This document shows positions 60,093-64,000 of a stretch of 64,000 bases of DNA, one piece after another. The DNA is taken from NCBI GenBank assembly GCA_015232245.1, contig JADGAB010000001.1, positions 1,388 to 65,387 on the forward strand, read 5' to 3'. The notes beneath the pieces are model-generated. The model did no database searches. It saw nothing but the letters and a program-made list of their open reading frames with translations, and had not been told where the DNA came from. How positions within the stretch are numbered: position 1 is the first letter of the stretch; every line of letters begins with the position of its first letter. Source of the DNA: Magnetococcales bacterium. Its GTDB lineage: Bacteria; Pseudomonadota; Magnetococcia; Magnetococcales; Magnetaquicoccaceae. Made by a program: the position numbers and the translations under genes.

Positions 60093-61067
60093 TCACATCT
60101 CCCACTCCCGCACCAGGACCATCAGGAGTGAACGCCACCAGCGTTCCAGCAGGGAACGGGGTTCGGCATCCAGGTGGAGAGTGCCCCGCAGCCGCCAATG
60201 GGCCCAGAGAGGAATCTCGTCGGCGGCGAGGCGGATGCGGAACAGGGCCCCTTCCGGCACGGCCACGTTGTTTTGCATGCGCACGGTGATGGGGCCTCCG
60301 GATTGGGCGTAGAGCAGGGGTTCGTCCAGTTGCGGGACCGGGGAGACGTCCAGTCGCTCCAGGTGGACGGCGACCGGGGAATATTCGGCCACGGCGGGAA
60401 TGAAACGTCCCCGCGCCCCGGCATGAACGCGTCCCAGGGCATCCTCTTCCAGATAGGCTTCCACGGTCAGATGGGTCAGATCCACCAGGGTGGCCAAATG
60501 GGCGCCGGTGCCCAGCCAGGTCCCTTCCGCCAGATCCGGGGGTACATCCGTGATGAGGCCGGTCGCCGGAGCGGTCAGAATCAGGCGCTGTTCATTGGCT
60601 TCGAGGCCCGCCAGGGTGGATGCGGAGCGGTTTTTCTCCTCCCGGGCGATGCGGGCCCGTCTGGCCCACTCCGTATGCAGTCCGGCCACGGCCATTTCCC
60701 ATTCGGAGTTGGCCTGGCGCACTCTGGCCAGTTTCTTTTGTCGTTTCAGGTCCGGGGAGACCAGTTCGAACAACGGCTCTCCCGCGTGGACCGATCCCGG
60801 GATGACAGTCCGGATTTTTTCCAATCTGGCCGCCTCGGGCGCGTAGAGGCGAATGAATGGCTCCCCCTGGGCGATGGCCAGACCGCAGGAGAAATCCACC
60901 ACCGTGGAGGCGAAGATCAGATAGAGAAACCAGGGGTGGATATAACCATAAAAATAGTAGCTGACCACCAACAGAAAGAGGTTCTGGGGTTTACGGGCCC
61001 GCAGCAGCCAATAGACCGCCAGGACCGGCAGAAAGAAGATCAGAAAATCCAGACTGTGGAAGATCAC
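60093..61067 (-). pseudogene. Chimeric ORF: MBOAT (AlgI/DltB-like) N-terminus fused to the C-half of an M50-HlyD protein
   Basis: First ~65 aa MIFHSLDFLIFFLPV...SYYFYG; remainder aligns by eye with the C-half of 26953-29061. Confidence 0.75.
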
Positions 61068-62197
61068 CGGAAGAACTCTCCGAGTTTCTCAAGGAAGTGT
61101 TCGGTATAAAACCGCATGTGCTGGGGCTTGATGTGGCCGGCATCCAGATAGAGCTCCCAGGAGAAGGCCGGATCCTGATCGAAATCATGATACCCCACCC
61201 CCTGTTCCCGGAGATAGGCGGCGAGTCCGGCCAGATAGTTGACCAGCACTTTTGGGGGATGCTGGGGGGAGCCATCCTGATTCGGCTGATGTTCCACCCG
61301 GACAAACACCAGTTTCAGATGCGCTCCCGCGGCCAGACGGATCATCTCCGGCAGAAAGGAGCGCTCCTTCCGGGCCGCGAAATCGTAGTGATCGATGGTG
61401 GAGGTGCGATAGGACTCTTTCGGCCTGGCCACCCGTTGATTGGCGGCGGAGAAGATCTCGTCCGCCAACCGGGCCTTGAAGGCCTTGCGTCCCTGATAGG
61501 CGGCGGTCATGGCCTCGGGTGTGGCCCGTTCCGGATGGACCAGCCGGTTCCACTGGTATTCCGGATAGCCGGGCAGGGCGAACAGCATGCCCAGGCTCTC
61601 CAGAAGCCATTGCCCCTGGACCCGCCAGCTCTCCTGGATCGGATAGACCCGGCGCAGCCACTCCCGGAGGCGATCCACCCAGGTTTTGTGATGATTGAGA
61701 ACCGCGAAAAAGCGGTCGTCGTCGGGGAGGAGATGCCGGGCGATCTTCTCCTGATTGATCAGGGTATTGGTCTCATCCGCCGGGCTGGTCAATTCCAGAT
61801 CCCGAAAGAAGACGAAGACGGCTTTCGGAGTGACGCCCGAGGCGATCAGGCTGTTTTTCAGCCACAGATACCACAACGACGACAAAGACCCCACCTCCCC
61901 CAGGATGTAACCCTTCTCGCCGTGACGCCGCTCGGCCAGCACCCCAGGATCGATGCGGGAGATCAGGGCCGAGGAGCCGATGAAGACGTAATCGGGTTGC
62001 AACTGAAGCAGCTGCTGACGGTGGGTGGCGTCGAACCGGCTGGCATCGGAACGGGGGGCCAGCAGGACCGGGGGAAGCAGCACCAGCGAAATGGCGATCA
62101 GGAGAGAGAGCGCCGACCCGGCGGGGAGACGCCACCGGGGACAAGGGATGGCATCCTCCTTCCCCGGGGGGACGGATGGGACGGAAGTCGGAGTCAT
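61064..62197 (-). CDS. Membrane-anchored SGNH-like protein (DltD/AlgJ-like)
   Basis: N-terminal TM; VFIGSS; C-terminal YLDAGH (DxxH); lies between ACP and MBOAT. Confidence 0.7.
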   Translation of the reverse strand: MTPTSVPSVPPGKEDAIPCPRWRLPAGSALSLLIAISLVLLPPVLLAPRSDASRFDATHRQQLLQLQPDYVFIGSSALISRIDPGVLAERRHGEKGYILGEVGSLSSLWYLWLKNSLIASGVTPKAVFVFFRDLELTSPADETNTLINQEKIARHLLPDDDRFFAVLNHHKTWVDRLREWLRRVYPIQESWRVQGQWLLESLGMLFALPGYPEYQWNRLVHPERATPEAMTAAYQGRKAFKARLADEIFSAANQRVARPKESYRTSTIDHYDFAARKERSFLPEMIRLAAGAHLKLVFVRVEHQPNQDGSPQHPPKVLVNYLAGLAAYLREQGVGYHDFDQDPAFSWELYLDAGHIKPQHMRFYTEHFLEKLGEFFR

Positions 62198-62209
62198 GAT
62201 GGTCCGGGG

Positions 62210-62461
62210 TCAAGCCGGCAGGGTCGCCAGTCTGGCGCGAATCAGCGGGATGGTTTTCAGATCGATGGCCTCCAGCAGATCGAAACGGACGCCGAATTCC
62301 GCCTCCAGACCCAGAATGATGTTGATGTGCTGCAGGGAGTCCCATTGCTGGGCGTCGCTGGTCTCCTGGGTGACGGCCAGACGGGCCACCTGTTCCACCG
62401 GGATGGCGAGCACACCGGCCAGCACCTTGAAAATACGCGCATCGTGTGCGGAGTGATTCAT
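62210..62461 (-). CDS. Acyl carrier protein
   Basis: WDSLQHINIILGLEAEFGV phosphopantetheine motif; ATGA overlap with the FkbH-like gene. Confidence 0.9.
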   Translation of the reverse strand: MNHSAHDARIFKVLAGVLAIPVEQVARLAVTQETSDAQQWDSLQHINIILGLEAEFGVRFDLLEAIDLKTIPLIRARLATLPA

Positions 62462-64000
62462 GGGGATCCTCGTTCGATGTAATCCGGCCAATGCAACGCC
62501 GTCCGGGTGAGATCCAGCGACCATCGGCTACCCCGGGGAGTGGCGTCGATCCTGTGAAAACCGTGTCCGGGAAGAAAACCGGCGGCGGGCTGATTTTTGG
62601 CAGTAGGCAAGAACTCTGCCAGCAGGCGTGTCACACCCCGGCTGACCGCCCAATCCGCCAGATGGGCGAGAAAGGCGGTCTCCACCGTGCGACCGATCAC
62701 CCGGCAACTGAGCAGAAAGGAGTCCAGCTCCGCCACCCCGTCCCCCTTGAGTTCCAGGATGGCCACCCCCACCAGACCATTATCGCCAAATTTGTCCACC
62801 ACCCGCAAGACGAAAACCCCCGCGTCCGGGTGATCCAGCAGCGCCTGCAGGGTGGATTCGTCGTGACGGCGGGTGGTGAGATTGAACTGATTGGTCTTGT
62901 GGAGCAGGTCCAGGGCGCGTGGAAACGACTGCCGATCCACCGGAGTGACCGTCACCCGCATGACCAGACCCCGGTAGTACTCCTCCATGGAACCGGCGGA
63001 CTCCTGCAACCGGGTCCGTTCGGTCTGCTGCCGGTACATCTCCCCCCGCTTGAGATCCTCCCGGGTCAGGGAGAGCTTGTCGAACACCCCCAGACGCCGC
63101 AACACCCCCGCATACCCCATGGGATCCCGGGGCAGCTCCGGCGTGAGAATCTCGGGACGGAGGCGACGCATCTGTTCCCGCTCCTGGGGGGAGTCGTCCA
63201 GAAAGACCAGGGCGTCGGTTCCCAGATTGAGTTCCAGGGCCATGGCGGCCAGATTGTCCGGCTTGGGCTCCCAGTTGATGCGCATGGCGGCGAAATGGTG
63301 TTCCCGCAGCACCATGTCCGGATGGTCCCGGAGCACGGCCAGGGCATCTTGCGGATTGTTCTTGCTGGCGATGGCCAGCAGGATCCCCCGTTGGTGAAAT
63401 TTCAGGATCTCCTCCTGGAACTCCCGGTAGACCCAGCCCAGCCCCGCGTGACCCAGGGCGATCCGCGCCATCCCCTCCTCGCCGATCACCCCGCCCCAGA
63501 GGGTGTTGTCCAGATCGAGCACCAGGCATTTGCGCACCCGGCCCAGCAGGGCATGCAGAAAGGTGGCCTGGGTGCGGGCCAGTTCCGGCATCACCTGGGC
63601 GGACAGGGGAGCCCGGGCCAGATAACGGAGTTTGTCGTCCTGCCAGCGGTCATAGCCCACCTGGGCGCAGACCCGATCGAAATCGAGCACGTACACCCCC
63701 GGAATCCGGGTCAGCCGCTGACCCAGAAGGTGGTTCAGATGCCGGATGGCCCGGCTTTGGGTCTGCCCGGCCATCCCTTCGAGAATGCCCAGTTCCGGAT
63801 GGGCGGGCTGGACGAAATTGTGGACGATCACCCGGCTGGCGCAACGGGCGCGAAACTGTTCCAGGGCGGTTTCCAGCTCCCGGACCGTGGCGTCGATGCG
63901 GCTTGCCACCTCCTCCGGGGAGAGGGTCAAAAAATGCATGGCCAGCTCCGGACAGGTGTCACGGAGTTGGCGCAAAATGAAGAGCGCGTCGTAGTCGCCG
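62458..64000 (-). CDS. fkbH: FkbH-like HAD-IIIC glyceryl transferase/phosphatase, 5' end outside the window
   Basis: KCLVLDLDNTLWGGVIGE, ASKNN, FLDDSP.ER, KTNQFNLTTRR, DKFGDNGLV, FLLSCRVIGR. Confidence 0.93.
   Translation of the reverse strand, partial: GDYDALFILRQLRDTCPELAMHFLTLSPEEVASRIDATVRELETALEQFRARCASRVIVHNFVQPAHPELGILEGMAGQTQSRAIRHLNHLLGQRLTRIPGVYVLDFDRVCAQVGYDRWQDDKLRYLARAPLSAQVMPELARTQATFLHALLGRVRKCLVLDLDNTLWGGVIGEEGMARIALGHAGLGWVYREFQEEILKFHQRGILLAIASKNNPQDALAVLRDHPDMVLREHHFAAMRINWEPKPDNLAAMALELNLGTDALVFLDDSPQEREQMRRLRPEILTPELPRDPMGYAGVLRRLGVFDKLSLTREDLKRGEMYRQQTERTRLQESAGSMEEYYRGLVMRVTVTPVDRQSFPRALDLLHKTNQFNLTTRRHDESTLQALLDHPDAGVFVLRVVDKFGDNGLVGVAILELKGDGVAELDSFLLSCRVIGRTVETAFLAHLADWAVSRGVTRLLAEFLPTAKNQPAAGFLPGHGFHRIDATPRGSRWSLDLTRTALHWPDYIERGSP

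Overview
GC-rich, gene-dense bacterial window. Gene content (CZB-bearing MCPs, c-type cytochromes, heme-sensing diguanylate cyclase, giant adhesins) suggests a microaerophilic proteobacterium, possibly Magnetococcales-like (inference only). Left to right: (1) 1-5.9 kb, TPR protein, two triheme c-type cytochromes, NHL beta-propeller and a heme-c/HAMP/PAS/GGDEF cyclase; (2) two small secreted low-complexity proteins; (3) ECF-like sigma factor, zinc anti-sigma and M48/TPR peptidase; (4) an AT-richer region (~13-26.8 kb) with a fused cyclophilin and a two-partner secretion locus (SPOR/POTRA-like protein, enlarged TpsB, ~2350-aa TpsA ending in a caspase-like domain, two orphan ORFs), preceded by an SGNH hydrolase; (5) a translationally coupled minus-strand operon: ~4070-aa LEPR-motif/DUF4347 adhesin, TolC, two membrane-fusion proteins and an M50 peptidase-HlyD fusion, with no ABC ATPase and a perfect FNR-type box upstream; (6) DUF4189 protein, three MCPs, P-type ATPase, alpha/beta hydrolase; (7) B12 radical SAM fused to a CxxCxxCC domain, and an FkbH-ACP-SGNH-MBOAT operon whose MBOAT gene is fused in frame to the C-half of a second M50-HlyD paralog. 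No rRNA, tRNA, CRISPR array or transposase was recognised. Domain calls come from motif recognition by eye, not database searches.
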